The translations under genes were made by a program, and so were the position numbers. The notes beneath the pieces were generated by a model. The model saw only the letters and a list, made by a program, of their open reading frames with translations. It was not told the DNA's origin and did no database searches. A stretch of 59,710 nucleotides of DNA, from NCBI GenBank assembly GCA_023249095.1, contig JAHFDK010000014.1, positions 1-59,710 of the forward strand, written 5' to 3'. Shown piece after piece: positions 50,426 to 59,710 of the stretch; within the stretch, counting starts at the first letter, position 1, and each line of letters opens with the position of its first letter. Source of the stretch: Candidatus Rokuibacteriota bacterium. Its GTDB lineage: Bacteria > Methylomirabilota > Methylomirabilia > Rokubacteriales > CSP1-6.

Positions 50426-52108
50426 GTGACGGAATCTGGAGCCATCAAACGCGCGCTGCCGTGGAGGATCGTCGCAGCCGTGATCGTCGCCTGCGTGCTG
50501 GCAGTCGGCGGTTGGGTGTTCGCTCAGGACAAGCCCGCAGCGCCGGCCGCGCCCGCGGCGCCGGCAGCCGCTCCCGCGCCACCGCCGTCGAAGCCGGATC
50601 CCGCCGGCACCGCCACGGGCGGCATCGCTGACGTCACGGCCAAGGACGCGGGCAAGCCGACACTCACCGAGATCGCCGACTTCGCGGGCCACAGCCGGGT
50701 GTCGATCAACCTCATGTGGACCCTGCTGACCGGCTTCCTCGTCATGTTCATGCAGGCGGGGTTCGCGCTCGCGGAGACCGGCTTCACGCGCGCGAAGAAC
50801 GTCGCGCACACCATGATGATGAACTTCATGGTCTACGCGATCGGCATGACGGGCTACTGGATCATGGGCTTCGCGCTCCAGATGGGGGGGCTCGGGCCGA
50901 TCTCGACCATGGGGGGCACCGGCGTCCTCGACAGCGAGTTCACGATCAGCCTGTTCGGCAAGGACTTTGGCCTGTTTGGAATGAAGGGGTTCTTCCTGGC
51001 GGGCTCCACGTACGACGTCGCCGTCTTCGCGCTCTTCCTGTTCCAGATGGTCTTCATGGACACGGCCGCCACGATCCCGACCGGCGCGATGGCCGAGCGC
51101 TGGAAGTTCTCGTCGTTCGTGGTCTATGGATTCTTCATCTCGATGATCACCTACCCGCTGTTCGCCAACTGGGTGTGGGGCGGCGGCTGGCTCTCCCAGC
51201 TCGGCAAGAATTTCGGGCTCGGTCACGGCCATGTCGACTTCGCCGGATCGTCGGTCGTGCACATGGTCGGGGGCGTCACCGCGCTGGCGGGTGCGATGGT
51301 GCTGGGAGCGCGCATCGGCAAGTACAACAAGGATGGCTCGGCGAACCCGATTCCCGGCCACAACCTGCCGATGGCGGCCCTCGGCTGCTTCATCCTGGCG
51401 TTCGGGTGGTTCGGCTTCAATCCGGGGAGCACGCTGGCCGGTGGCGATCTCCGCATCTCTGTGATCGCCGTCAACACCATGCTGGCGTCGGCGTCGGGCG
51501 CGATCTTCGCGATGTTCTATATGTGGGCGAAGTATGGCAAGCCCGACCCGAGCATGATGATCAACGGGATGCTGGCCGGCCTCGTCGCGATCACGGCCCC
51601 TTGCGCCTTCGTGTCGAGCTTTTGGGCGTTCGTCATCGGCGCGTTCGCCGGGATGCTCGTGTGCTGGTCGGTGTTCTTCGTCGAGCGGACGCTGAAGGTG
51701 GACGACCCGGTCGGGGCGATCTCGGTTCACGGGACGTGCGGCGCATGGGGTGTGCTGAGCCTCGGCCTCTTCTCCGACGGCACCTACGGCGACGGCTTCA
51801 ACGGCGTCGAGGGCACGGTGCGCGGCCTCTTCTATGGCGGGGCCAGCCAATTCGTGGCCCAGGTCATCGGCACCCTCACGTGCTTCGGGTTCGTCTTCGT
51901 GGCCTCCTGGGTCTTCTTCAAAGTCTACGACCTCGCCTTCGGTATGCGCGTCAGCCCCGAGGTCGAGCTGGAAGGCCTCGATGTGCCCGAGATGGGCGGT
52001 CACGGCTACCCCGAGGTTCATGGGCCCGCGACACTCGTGCACTCTATGGGGGCGTCCGCGGTGAGGGCACCTGGCGTGGCGGCGTTGGCGCCCGAGCGCT
52101 CGCGTTAG
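50426..52108 (+). CDS. amtB: Ammonium transporter
   Basis: FMQAGFA, GAMAER, DFAGSSVVH, GWFGFN.GS, NG.LAGLVAIT, DDPVGAISVHG. Confidence 0.96.
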   Translation: MTESGAIKRALPWRIVAAVIVACVLAVGGWVFAQDKPAAPAAPAAPAAAPAPPPSKPDPAGTATGGIADVTAKDAGKPTLTEIADFAGHSRVSINLMWTLLTGFLVMFMQAGFALAETGFTRAKNVAHTMMMNFMVYAIGMTGYWIMGFALQMGGLGPISTMGGTGVLDSEFTISLFGKDFGLFGMKGFFLAGSTYDVAVFALFLFQMVFMDTAATIPTGAMAERWKFSSFVVYGFFISMITYPLFANWVWGGGWLSQLGKNFGLGHGHVDFAGSSVVHMVGGVTALAGAMVLGARIGKYNKDGSANPIPGHNLPMAALGCFILAFGWFGFNPGSTLAGGDLRISVIAVNTMLASASGAIFAMFYMWAKYGKPDPSMMINGMLAGLVAITAPCAFVSSFWAFVIGAFAGMLVCWSVFFVERTLKVDDPVGAISVHGTCGAWGVLSLGLFSDGTYGDGFNGVEGTVRGLFYGGASQFVAQVIGTLTCFGFVFVASWVFFKVYDLAFGMRVSPEVELEGLDVPEMGGHGYPEVHGPATLVHSMGASAVRAPGVAALAPERSR

Positions 52109-52453
<345 letters not shown>

Positions 52454-52470
52454 CCCCCGAGGAGGATCGG

Positions 52471-53709
52471 ATGACGCGACAGCTCGGAGTGATTTTCACG
52501 GCGGTGATCCTCGGCGTGGCGTTGAATGCGCCCGCGTACGGCCAGGCCCCCAAGCCCGAGGAGACGAAACCGGCTGAAACCAAGCCCGAAGACAAGAAGG
52601 AGGAGAAGCCCAAGACGTTGTGGGAGGAGAACATCCTCTTTGCCTACATCGAGAACAGCTTGGTGTGGAACCTGGGCCGGTCGGGGCGGGGCCACACCAA
52701 CAACGAGCTTAGGGTTTTCGACAACGAAGACGGCCACACGTTCAATGCGGCCGAGTTCAGCATCAAGAAGGATCCGTCCGAGCTACGGCCATATGGCTAC
52801 GGGCTAGCCTTGACCGCGGGCCTGGACGCACAGAAGATCCATGCGCTCGGTATGTTCCGTGGCGACAACGACACGTATCCGTTCCGCAACACAGCGAAGT
52901 TCGATGTCAAGGACGCTTACGCCTCTTACACGATCCCGATCGGAAGTGGCCTCACCGTGAAGGCAGGGAAGTTCGTTACGCTCCTCGGGTACGAGGTCAT
53001 CGACGGGCCTCTAAACCCGAATTTCTCACGATCGTTCATGTTCGGCTTCGCGATCCCGTTCACCCACGTGGGCGGTCTGCTATCGTACTCGCCTTTCGAG
53101 TGGCTTACGATCACCGCGGGCCCCGTCGTCGGCTGGGACGTTGCCCGGGACAACAACAGCCAGATGTCCGTCATGGGGCAGTTCGCCGTGACGCCGATCA
53201 AGGACCTTCCGCTGACGCTCAGCTGGATCACCGGTCCCGAGCAGGCTCATGAAAACGGTAAGCCGCGCACCGTGCTCGACTGGGTCGGCAACTACACCGG
53301 CATCAAGGGGCTCACGCTCGGCCTGAACGTCGACTACGGCTGGGAGTATAACGAAGCCTCGCTCGTTGCTTCGGGGACTCGCTCCGATAGCACCACCGCC
53401 TCGTGGTGGGGGTGGGCGGGCTACGCGATCTACGACTGGACCGATAAGCTACGCACCGCGCTTCGGCTCGAGTACTTCAGGGACGCCGAGAGCGTCCGTA
53501 CCCTCGCGGCCCCGGTGGGTACGAAGCTCGATCTGTACGGGGTCACCGCCACGATTCAGTACAACATCTGGAAGGGGCTGTTTGCTCGGCTCGAGTACCG
53601 ACACGACTCGGCGAACCAGAAGGTCTTCGCGATCCGTGCCCCCGGCTATGTGCCGACCGGGAAGTCCCAGGACACCATGACCCTGGCTGTTCATTACAGC
53701 TTCTTCTAA
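52471..53709 (+). CDS. Outer-membrane beta-barrel porin (BBP2/OmpL-like)
   Basis: Signal peptide, GKFVTLLGYEVID..N.NFSRS, R.EYRHD, terminal Phe. Confidence 0.8.
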   Translation: MTRQLGVIFTAVILGVALNAPAYGQAPKPEETKPAETKPEDKKEEKPKTLWEENILFAYIENSLVWNLGRSGRGHTNNELRVFDNEDGHTFNAAEFSIKKDPSELRPYGYGLALTAGLDAQKIHALGMFRGDNDTYPFRNTAKFDVKDAYASYTIPIGSGLTVKAGKFVTLLGYEVIDGPLNPNFSRSFMFGFAIPFTHVGGLLSYSPFEWLTITAGPVVGWDVARDNNSQMSVMGQFAVTPIKDLPLTLSWITGPEQAHENGKPRTVLDWVGNYTGIKGLTLGLNVDYGWEYNEASLVASGTRSDSTTASWWGWAGYAIYDWTDKLRTALRLEYFRDAESVRTLAAPVGTKLDLYGVTATIQYNIWKGLFARLEYRHDSANQKVFAIRAPGYVPTGKSQDTMTLAVHYSFF

Positions 53710-53727
53710 TCCACGAGCAGTTCTCGC

Positions 53728-54051
53728 ATGGTCGAGCGCGCGGACGGTCGCGGCGAGAGGGCGGTGGAGCTCGACGGTCTCGTGCGCGCGCTCGCCGAGG
53801 CCGTACCGGTGCTCGTCGAGCGTCTTTCGGCGGTTCGGCCGGCGCGCCTCTACCGTGACGCGCTCGAGCTGCTGGAGCGGCCGTTGCTGGGGCATGTGTT
53901 GTCGATGACCGGCGGTAACCAGCTTCGCGCCGCCCGGCTGCTCGGGCTCAACCGCAACACCCTCCGCAAGCGCTGCCGGGAGCTCCGCCTGGCGTTGCCG
54001 GGCAGATCGCGACGCGCCCGCAGCGGCCGAGCCGCCGCGCCCGTCCCCTAG
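53728..54051 (+). CDS. Stand-alone Fis/NtrC-type HTH_8 DNA-binding protein
   Basis: LERPLL..VL..TGGNQLRAARLLGLNRNTLRK. Confidence 0.82.
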   Translation: MVERADGRGERAVELDGLVRALAEAVPVLVERLSAVRPARLYRDALELLERPLLGHVLSMTGGNQLRAARLLGLNRNTLRKRCRELRLALPGRSRRARSGRAAAPVP

Positions 54052-54087
54052 ATTCCTAGGCTCGCCTCGGTCGGCCGGTGCCGTAAT

Positions 54088-55089
54088 ATGGCTGACGGCA
54101 CCATGATGTCCGACGTCGAGACGCTCGCGAGCCAGATCGTGGAGGGCTCGACCCGTGCCCTCGCGCGGGGGCTCACCTGGGTCGAGTCCGGGGGCAAGCG
54201 GGCCGAAGCGCTGAGCGCCCAGTTGTACCCCCACACGGGGCGCGCTCAGATCGTCGGCGTCACGGGGGCGCCTGGCAGCGGCAAGAGCACGCTGGTGCGC
54301 GCGCTCGCGCTGGTGGCACGAGCCCGCGGCCGCACCGTCGGGGTCGTCGCCGTGGATCCGTCCTCGCCGTTCTCGGGCGGCGCGATCCTCGGCGACCGGA
54401 TCCGCATGAACGACCTGGCCCTCGATCCCGGTGTCTTCATCCGCTCGATGGCGACGCGCGGCGCGCTGGGCGGTCTGTGTCGCGCCGCGGCGGACGCCGT
54501 CGACCTCATGGATGCCGCCGGGCAAAGCCTCGTCCTCGTCGAGACCGTCGGCGTCGGGCAGGACGAGGTGGACGTGATGCGTCTGGCTCACACGGTCCTC
54601 GTCGTGTCGGTGCCCGGTCTCGGTGACGATGTCCAGGCGCTCAAGGCCGGCGTTCTCGAGATCGCGGACGTGCACGTCGTCAACAAGGCCGACCGCGACG
54701 GCGCCGACCGCATCCTCGCCGAGCTCCGCGCGATGCTCACGCTGATCCCCGCGCCGGAGGAGGCCTGGATGCCGCCCGTCCTGCCCGCGTCGGCGGCGCG
54801 CGACGAAGGCATCGAGCCCATCGCTGACGCGCTCGACGGCCATGTGGCCTACCTCAAGACGAGCGGCGAGCTCGAGCGGCGGCGCCGACGGATCGTCACC
54901 GCGCGCGTGCTGAAGATCGCGCAGGATCTGGTCGCCGAGACGATGCTCGGTGCAGAAGCCCTCAGTGCGGAGGGGGCGGCCGGGGCCACCTTGCTCGAGC
55001 GAGTGGCCCGACGCGAGCTGGCGCCTCACGCCTGCGCGCGGTTATTCTTGAAACAGATAGCCCGGAGAACAGAAGGAGGCATCGGATGA
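54088..55089 (+). CDS. meaB: MeaB/ArgK methylmalonyl-CoA mutase-associated GTPase
   Basis: GAPGSGKST, DPSSPFSGGAILGDRIRM, ETVGVGQ, GDDVQALKAG, NKAD. Confidence 0.92.
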   Translation: MADGTMMSDVETLASQIVEGSTRALARGLTWVESGGKRAEALSAQLYPHTGRAQIVGVTGAPGSGKSTLVRALALVARARGRTVGVVAVDPSSPFSGGAILGDRIRMNDLALDPGVFIRSMATRGALGGLCRAAADAVDLMDAAGQSLVLVETVGVGQDEVDVMRLAHTVLVVSVPGLGDDVQALKAGVLEIADVHVVNKADRDGADRILAELRAMLTLIPAPEEAWMPPVLPASAARDEGIEPIADALDGHVAYLKTSGELERRRRRIVTARVLKIAQDLVAETMLGAEALSAEGAAGATLLERVARRELAPHACARLFLKQIARRTEGGIG

Positions 55090-55529
55090 ACATCGCGAAC
55101 ATCCTCGCGCGGAAGGGCTCGATGGCCGTGACGGTGCAACCCGAGCAGTCGATCCGGGAGGCGCTCGCGCTGCTGGAGCGCCACAACATCGGCGCGCTGG
55201 TCGCCGTTCAGGGCGATCGCCCGGTGGGCATCCTCTCCGAGCGCGACATCGTGCGTGAGGCCGCACGCAACGAGAGCTTCTTCGCGCGCACGGTCGGCGA
55301 CCTCATGACGCGCGACGTCATCACGGGCCAGCCACCCGATGATCTCCTCACGGTGGCCTACACCATGACCGAGCGGAGGATCCGTCATCTGCCGGTCGTG
55401 GACCAGGGGCGGCTGGTCGGCATGGTCTCGATCGGTGACGTCCTGAAGGCGCAGCGCGACCAGTACCAGGGCGAGGTCGATACGCTGCAGACGCAGCTCC
55501 TGGCGGGCGAGGGCGGGCAGCCGCGTTGA
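55086..55529 (+). CDS. CBS-domain pair protein
   Basis: GILSERDIV, RIRHLPVV, GMVSIGDV. Confidence 0.88.
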   Translation: MNIANILARKGSMAVTVQPEQSIREALALLERHNIGALVAVQGDRPVGILSERDIVREAARNESFFARTVGDLMTRDVITGQPPDDLLTVAYTMTERRIRHLPVVDQGRLVGMVSIGDVLKAQRDQYQGEVDTLQTQLLAGEGGQPR

Positions 55530-56929
55530 CGCCCACGACGGGAACGTCGGCGCGGCCGTTGCGCGTCGCGATCGTCGGCGCCGGGCCTACCGGGTTTTAT
55601 GCCGCCGACCACCTGCTCCGCAACCCGGAGGTGGTTGTCGAGGTCGACATGTTCGACCGGCTGCCGACACCCTACGGGCTGGTGCGCCTGGGCGTCGCGC
55701 CCGATCATCAGAAGATCAAGTTCGTCACCAACGCCTTCGACAAGGTCGCCGCCAGCCTTCGCTTCCGCTTCTACGGTGGCGTCGAATTCGGCAAGGACGT
55801 GACGCTTGCGGACCTCCAAGCGCACTACCACCAGATCGTGTACTGCACCGGCGCGCAGACCGACCGGCGTATGGGGATTCCCGGCGAGGATCTGACCGGG
55901 AGCCATCCGGCGACGGAGTTCGTCGCCTGGTACAACGGCCATCCCGACTATCGAGACTGCGCGTTCGATCTCTCGCAAGAGAGCGTGGCGGTCGTCGGCG
56001 TCGGGAACGTGGCGGCCGACGTCGTGAGGATCCTGTGCCGGACGCCGGAGGAGCTGGCGATCACCGACGTCGCCGACTACGCGCTGGAGGCACTGCGCAA
56101 GAGCCGCGTGAGGGAAGTCTACCTGCTCGGCCGGCGCGGGCCCGCCCAGGCCGCGTTCACCAATCCCGAGGTCAGGGAGCTCGGCGAGCTGGCCGATGCG
56201 GACATCACGGCGATCCCCCAGGAAGTCGAGCTGGACCCGCTGAGCCGCGCCGCGGTCGAGCGCAGCCAGGACCGGGCCACGCTGAAGAAGGTCGAGATGC
56301 TCAGGGAATACGCGCGACGCGCGCCCACCGGCAAATCGCGCCGGCTCGTCCTGAGGTTTCTCGTCTCGCCGGTCGAGCTGATCAGCGACGGCGCCGGCCG
56401 CGTCGCCGCGATGCGTCTGGTGCGCAACGAGCTCTACGCCACGTCGACGGGCGCGCTGCAGCCGCGCGCGACCGACCGCTTCGAGGAGCTCCCGGTCGGT
56501 CTCGTGTTCCGCTCGGTCGGCTACCGCGGCGTGCCGTTGCCGGGCGTACCGTTCAACGAGAGCTGGGGCGTCATCCTGAACGACAAGGGGCGCGTGCTCG
56601 ATCCCGACACCAAGCAGCCGATCGTCGGCGAGTACGCCGCCGGATGGATCAAGCGCGGCCCGACGGGCGTCATCGGCACGAACAAGCCGGATGCCGCCGA
56701 GACCGTCGAGTGCATGTTCGAGGATCTCGCCCGGGGCGCCGTGCTCGAGCCGACACGCCCGGAGGCGGCCGCCGCCGAAGCGCTCGTCCGCCAGCGCCAG
56801 CCGAACTACGTCTCCTACACCGACTGGCTCAAGCTCAACGAGATCGAGGTCGCGCGCGGGCGGGCCCAGGGGCGGCCCCGGGTGAAGCTCACGAGCGTCG
56901 AGGAGATGCTCGCCGCGCTCGGCCGCTGA
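55526..56929 (+). CDS. Ferredoxin-NADP+ reductase (adrenodoxin-reductase/FprA type)
   Basis: VGAGPTG, PYGLVRLGVAPDH, FVAWYNGHP, GVGNVA, GWIKRGPTGVIGTN. Confidence 0.9.
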   Translation: MTPTTGTSARPLRVAIVGAGPTGFYAADHLLRNPEVVVEVDMFDRLPTPYGLVRLGVAPDHQKIKFVTNAFDKVAASLRFRFYGGVEFGKDVTLADLQAHYHQIVYCTGAQTDRRMGIPGEDLTGSHPATEFVAWYNGHPDYRDCAFDLSQESVAVVGVGNVAADVVRILCRTPEELAITDVADYALEALRKSRVREVYLLGRRGPAQAAFTNPEVRELGELADADITAIPQEVELDPLSRAAVERSQDRATLKKVEMLREYARRAPTGKSRRLVLRFLVSPVELISDGAGRVAAMRLVRNELYATSTGALQPRATDRFEELPVGLVFRSVGYRGVPLPGVPFNESWGVILNDKGRVLDPDTKQPIVGEYAAGWIKRGPTGVIGTNKPDAAETVECMFEDLARGAVLEPTRPEAAAAEALVRQRQPNYVSYTDWLKLNEIEVARGRAQGRPRVKLTSVEEMLAALGR

Positions 56930-56933
56930 GCGC

Positions 56934-58124
56934 TCAACGGGAGATGGTCAGGCGCTCGCGACCGTAGTTATCCTCGTCCTGCCAGGGCAGGCCTTCGGCG
57001 AAACGCGTGGACCGAAACGGTGTGAGGTCGACGGTGCGCGACTTGCCGTCGACGATCCACTCGGCGAGACACCGGCCGATCGCCGGCGACGTCTTGAACG
57101 AGGTTCCAGAGTCGCCCAGCATGCAGTAGAGCCCTGCGACCGATGGGATCTGATCGATGATCGGGCGGCCGTCGGTGCTCATCATGATCATTCCGGCCCA
57201 GCCGCCGCGCATCGTCGCCTCGCCGAAGGCCGGCAGCCGGGCGGTCAGCGCCTTGCGGCACATCGTCACGAACTCCGGGTCGACGCCCTCGTCGAAGGTG
57301 TCGGGATCGGCATGCCCCACGCCGAGCTCGACGCCGATCAGCGTCGCGGCGCCGCCCTCGGGACGGAACCACGAGTGATGGATCGCGTCGATGACCACGC
57401 AGTGCCGGGTCCGGAAGCCGGCCGGCCAGCGGAAGATCGAGATCTGGATCCGATGGGGAGCCAGGCCGAAATCCAGCCCGAGGGGCGCCAGCAGGGGTGC
57501 GGCCCACGCGCCGGGAACGAGCACCACGACCGGCGCGTCCACGGGCCCCCGGGAGGTCTCGACGCCGACGACACGACCCCGCTCGGTCACAATCCGCGTG
57601 ACCTCGCAGCCGGTCTCGATCGTCACCCCGAGGCGTCGAGCCGCCTCGGCGAACGCGAACGTGGTCGCGTTCGGGTCGGCGAATCCAGACTCGGGCTCCC
57701 AGGCGGCGGCGCCGACGTCGTCGACCCGGGACCCCGGAAGGAGGTCGCCCAGCCGGTCCCGGGTGACCACCTGCGTGGCGATGCCGAGGCGCTGCTGCCT
57801 TGCGACGTTTCGGGCGAGCGCCGCCTCGTAGCCCGGGGGGACGATCTGGACGAAGCCGATGGGCTCGAAGCCGCAGTCGCCGCCGACGACATTCCGGAAA
57901 TCCCGGAAAACCTTGAGGCTTTCGAACGCGAGCCGGGACTCGGCCTCATTGGTGTAGTGCATGCGCACCAGCGAGCCGGACTTGCCCGTGGCACCCGCGC
58001 CGAGGTGGCGCCGCTCGAGCAGCAGGACGTTCTTCACCCCCCGGCCCGCCAGGTGAAACGCGGTGCTCGTGCCGTTGGCCCCACCGCCGATGACGATCAC
58101 GTCCGCCCGCCGCATTCCCGCCAT
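56934..58124 (-). CDS. FAD-dependent amine oxidoreductase (DAO/sarcosine oxidase beta-like)
   Basis: IGGGANG, GATGKSG, DGRPII, FKTSPAIG. Confidence 0.85.
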   Translation of the reverse strand: MAGMRRADVIVIGGGANGTSTAFHLAGRGVKNVLLLERRHLGAGATGKSGSLVRMHYTNEAESRLAFESLKVFRDFRNVVGGDCGFEPIGFVQIVPPGYEAALARNVARQQRLGIATQVVTRDRLGDLLPGSRVDDVGAAAWEPESGFADPNATTFAFAEAARRLGVTIETGCEVTRIVTERGRVVGVETSRGPVDAPVVVLVPGAWAAPLLAPLGLDFGLAPHRIQISIFRWPAGFRTRHCVVIDAIHHSWFRPEGGAATLIGVELGVGHADPDTFDEGVDPEFVTMCRKALTARLPAFGEATMRGGWAGMIMMSTDGRPIIDQIPSVAGLYCMLGDSGTSFKTSPAIGRCLAEWIVDGKSRTVDLTPFRSTRFAEGLPWQDEDNYGRERLTISR

Positions 58125-58160
58125 GGTTTCCGCCTCCTGCGAGGAATCTGATAGACTAAC

Positions 58161-58175
58161 ATAGTTCGGAACTAT
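58161..58175. promoter_or_regulatory. Perfect 7-1-7 palindrome in AT-rich divergent promoter region
   Basis: ATAGTTC-G-GAACTAT. Confidence 0.55.
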
Positions 58176-58204
58176 TGATATTTTTTGGGGATATTGGAGG
58201 ACGC

Positions 58205-59710
58205 GTGGCGCAGCAGGAATCCGTGCAGATTCTGCAGCAGCGGTTAGTTTACGAGCAAAAGCTCGTCCAGCTCGTCGACCGCATCCACGCGGCCAAGGGC
58301 ATCGACAGCATCTTCATCGAGCTCCAGGGGGAGATTCTCGGCCTCCTCGACGCCGACCGCATGACGATCTACGCCATTGACCAAGCCAAGGGGGAGCTCT
58401 ACTCGAAGTTCCTCGCCCTCGACACCGTCAAGGAGATCCGGCTGCCGATCAGCGAAAAGAGCATCGCCGGTTACGTCGCCGCGTTGGGCAGGGTGGTGAA
58501 CATCGCCGACGCCTACGACAAGGCCGAGCTGGCTCGGATCTCGCCCACCCTGAGCTTCGACGGCTCGTGGGACAAGAAGACGGGGTTCCGAACCCAGCAG
58601 ATTCTGGGCATGCCGATCATGCACGAGGGGCGGCCAATCGGCGTCGTCCAGCTCCTGAACAAGAAGCGGGGCGCCCGGTTCACGAAGGAGGACGAGACCG
58701 GCGCGTCCCGGATCGCCAAGACGCTCGGTATCGCGTTCAACAACCAGGCGCAGCTGAGCCAGAGTCAGGAGTTGATCCAGAGTCAGGAGTTGATCCAGAG
58801 TCAGGGCCGACCCAAGACGAAGTTCGACTATCTCCTGGCGCAGCATCGGATCTCGCCGCAGGAGCTGAGCTCGGCGGTCGCCGAGGCGCGCCGTCGCCAG
58901 ACCGACGTCGAGTCGATCCTGATCGACCAGTACAAGGTCCCGAAGGGCGAGCTGGGCGTCTCGCTGAGTCAATTCTACGAGTGCCCGTTCGTCGAATACG
59001 ACGAGCGGATCCTGCCGCCGCCGGATCTCGTGAAGGGCCTGCGACTCGAGTATCTGCGGCGCAACTTCTGGCTGCCACTCCGGCGTGAGGACGGCGCGGT
59101 CGTGGTGCTGATCGACAACCCTCAAGATTTGCAGCGGGTGGACAGCGTCAGCCAGGCGTTGAAGAACCGGAGGGTCAAGTGGGCGGTCGGGCTGCGGAAA
59201 GACATCCTGCTCTTCCTCAGCCAGGTGAGCGGCGAGGGCGCCGGCCGGGATTCGATCGGCACCATCCTCGGTGACCTGCGGGCCGAGGACGTTGCCGACA
59301 CGCTCGAGCTGGGCGCAGGCGAGCTCGACGAGAACGACAGCGCGGTCATCCGGCTGGCGAACCAGATCATCGTGGACGCCTACAAGGCGCGCGCGTCCGA
59401 CATCCACATCGAGCCCTACGGCGCCCAGAAGGACACGGTGATCCGGTATCGCATCGACGGCGGCTGTGCCGAGTATCAGAAGATCCCCGGCGCCTACCGG
59501 CGGGCTATCGTCGCGCGGATCAAGATCATGGCTCAGCTCGACATCGCCGAGCGCCGCAAGCCGCAGGATGGCAAGTTCAAGTTCAAGGTGTCCGACCGCG
59601 AGATCGAGCTGCGCGTCGCCACGATCCCGACCGCCAACCAGAACGAAGACGTGGTCATGCGCCTGCTCTCGTCGAGCGAGCTGATCACCCTCGACAAGAT
59701 CGACATGGCC
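58205..59710 (+). CDS. GAF-domain-containing PilB/GspE secretion ATPase, 3'-truncated by window (absent from ORF track)
   Basis: GTG after RBS GGAGG; N-terminal GAF (SIAGYVA..G.VVNIADAY, IGVVQLLNK); later RASDIHIEP, IRYRIDG, LDIAERRKPQDG, LRVATIPT. Confidence 0.88.
   Translation, partial: MAQQESVQILQQRLVYEQKLVQLVDRIHAAKGIDSIFIELQGEILGLLDADRMTIYAIDQAKGELYSKFLALDTVKEIRLPISEKSIAGYVAALGRVVNIADAYDKAELARISPTLSFDGSWDKKTGFRTQQILGMPIMHEGRPIGVVQLLNKKRGARFTKEDETGASRIAKTLGIAFNNQAQLSQSQELIQSQELIQSQGRPKTKFDYLLAQHRISPQELSSAVAEARRRQTDVESILIDQYKVPKGELGVSLSQFYECPFVEYDERILPPPDLVKGLRLEYLRRNFWLPLRREDGAVVVLIDNPQDLQRVDSVSQALKNRRVKWAVGLRKDILLFLSQVSGEGAGRDSIGTILGDLRAEDVADTLELGAGELDENDSAVIRLANQIIVDAYKARASDIHIEPYGAQKDTVIRYRIDGGCAEYQKIPGAYRRAIVARIKIMAQLDIAERRKPQDGKFKFKVSDREIELRVATIPTANQNEDVVMRLLSSSELITLDKIDMA
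58759..58805 (+). repeat. In-frame 18-bp tandem repeat (QSQELI x2.6)
   Basis: CCAGAGTCAGGAGTTGAT x2 plus CCAGAGTCAGG. Confidence 0.85.

Overview
High-GC bacterial chromosome segment; gene content and style suggest Candidatus Rokubacteria/Methylomirabilota (inference, not verified). Left part: ABC transporter end, lipoprotein truncated globin, acyl-CoA metabolism genes, transaldolase, uvrA, pyk and a six-GAF hybrid histidine kinase. Three thioredoxin-fold genes look split in the ORF track but read through an in-frame UGA in a UxxC motif. Each has a hairpin whose loop starts 22-23 nt downstream, so they are probable selenoproteins; one is a glutaredoxin-DinB fusion. Right part: a nitrogen-assimilation region (nrtABCD-like, nitrate reductase, nirA, cobA, a 72-aa catalytic-domain-only cyanase, amtB-glnK-porin and a stand-alone NtrC/Fis-type HTH). 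Both nitrogen operons have a sigma54 promoter followed by a twin-hexaloop leader with an overlapping terminator (ANTAR-type attenuator). A three-gene cassette of exported proteins sits between them on the opposite strand. Also present: a GTAG-initiated repeat family with compensatory base changes, a 42-bp perfect inverted-repeat element, several apparently leaderless genes and a GAF-PilB/GspE ATPase running off the right edge. All calls come from reading motifs; no database searches were run.
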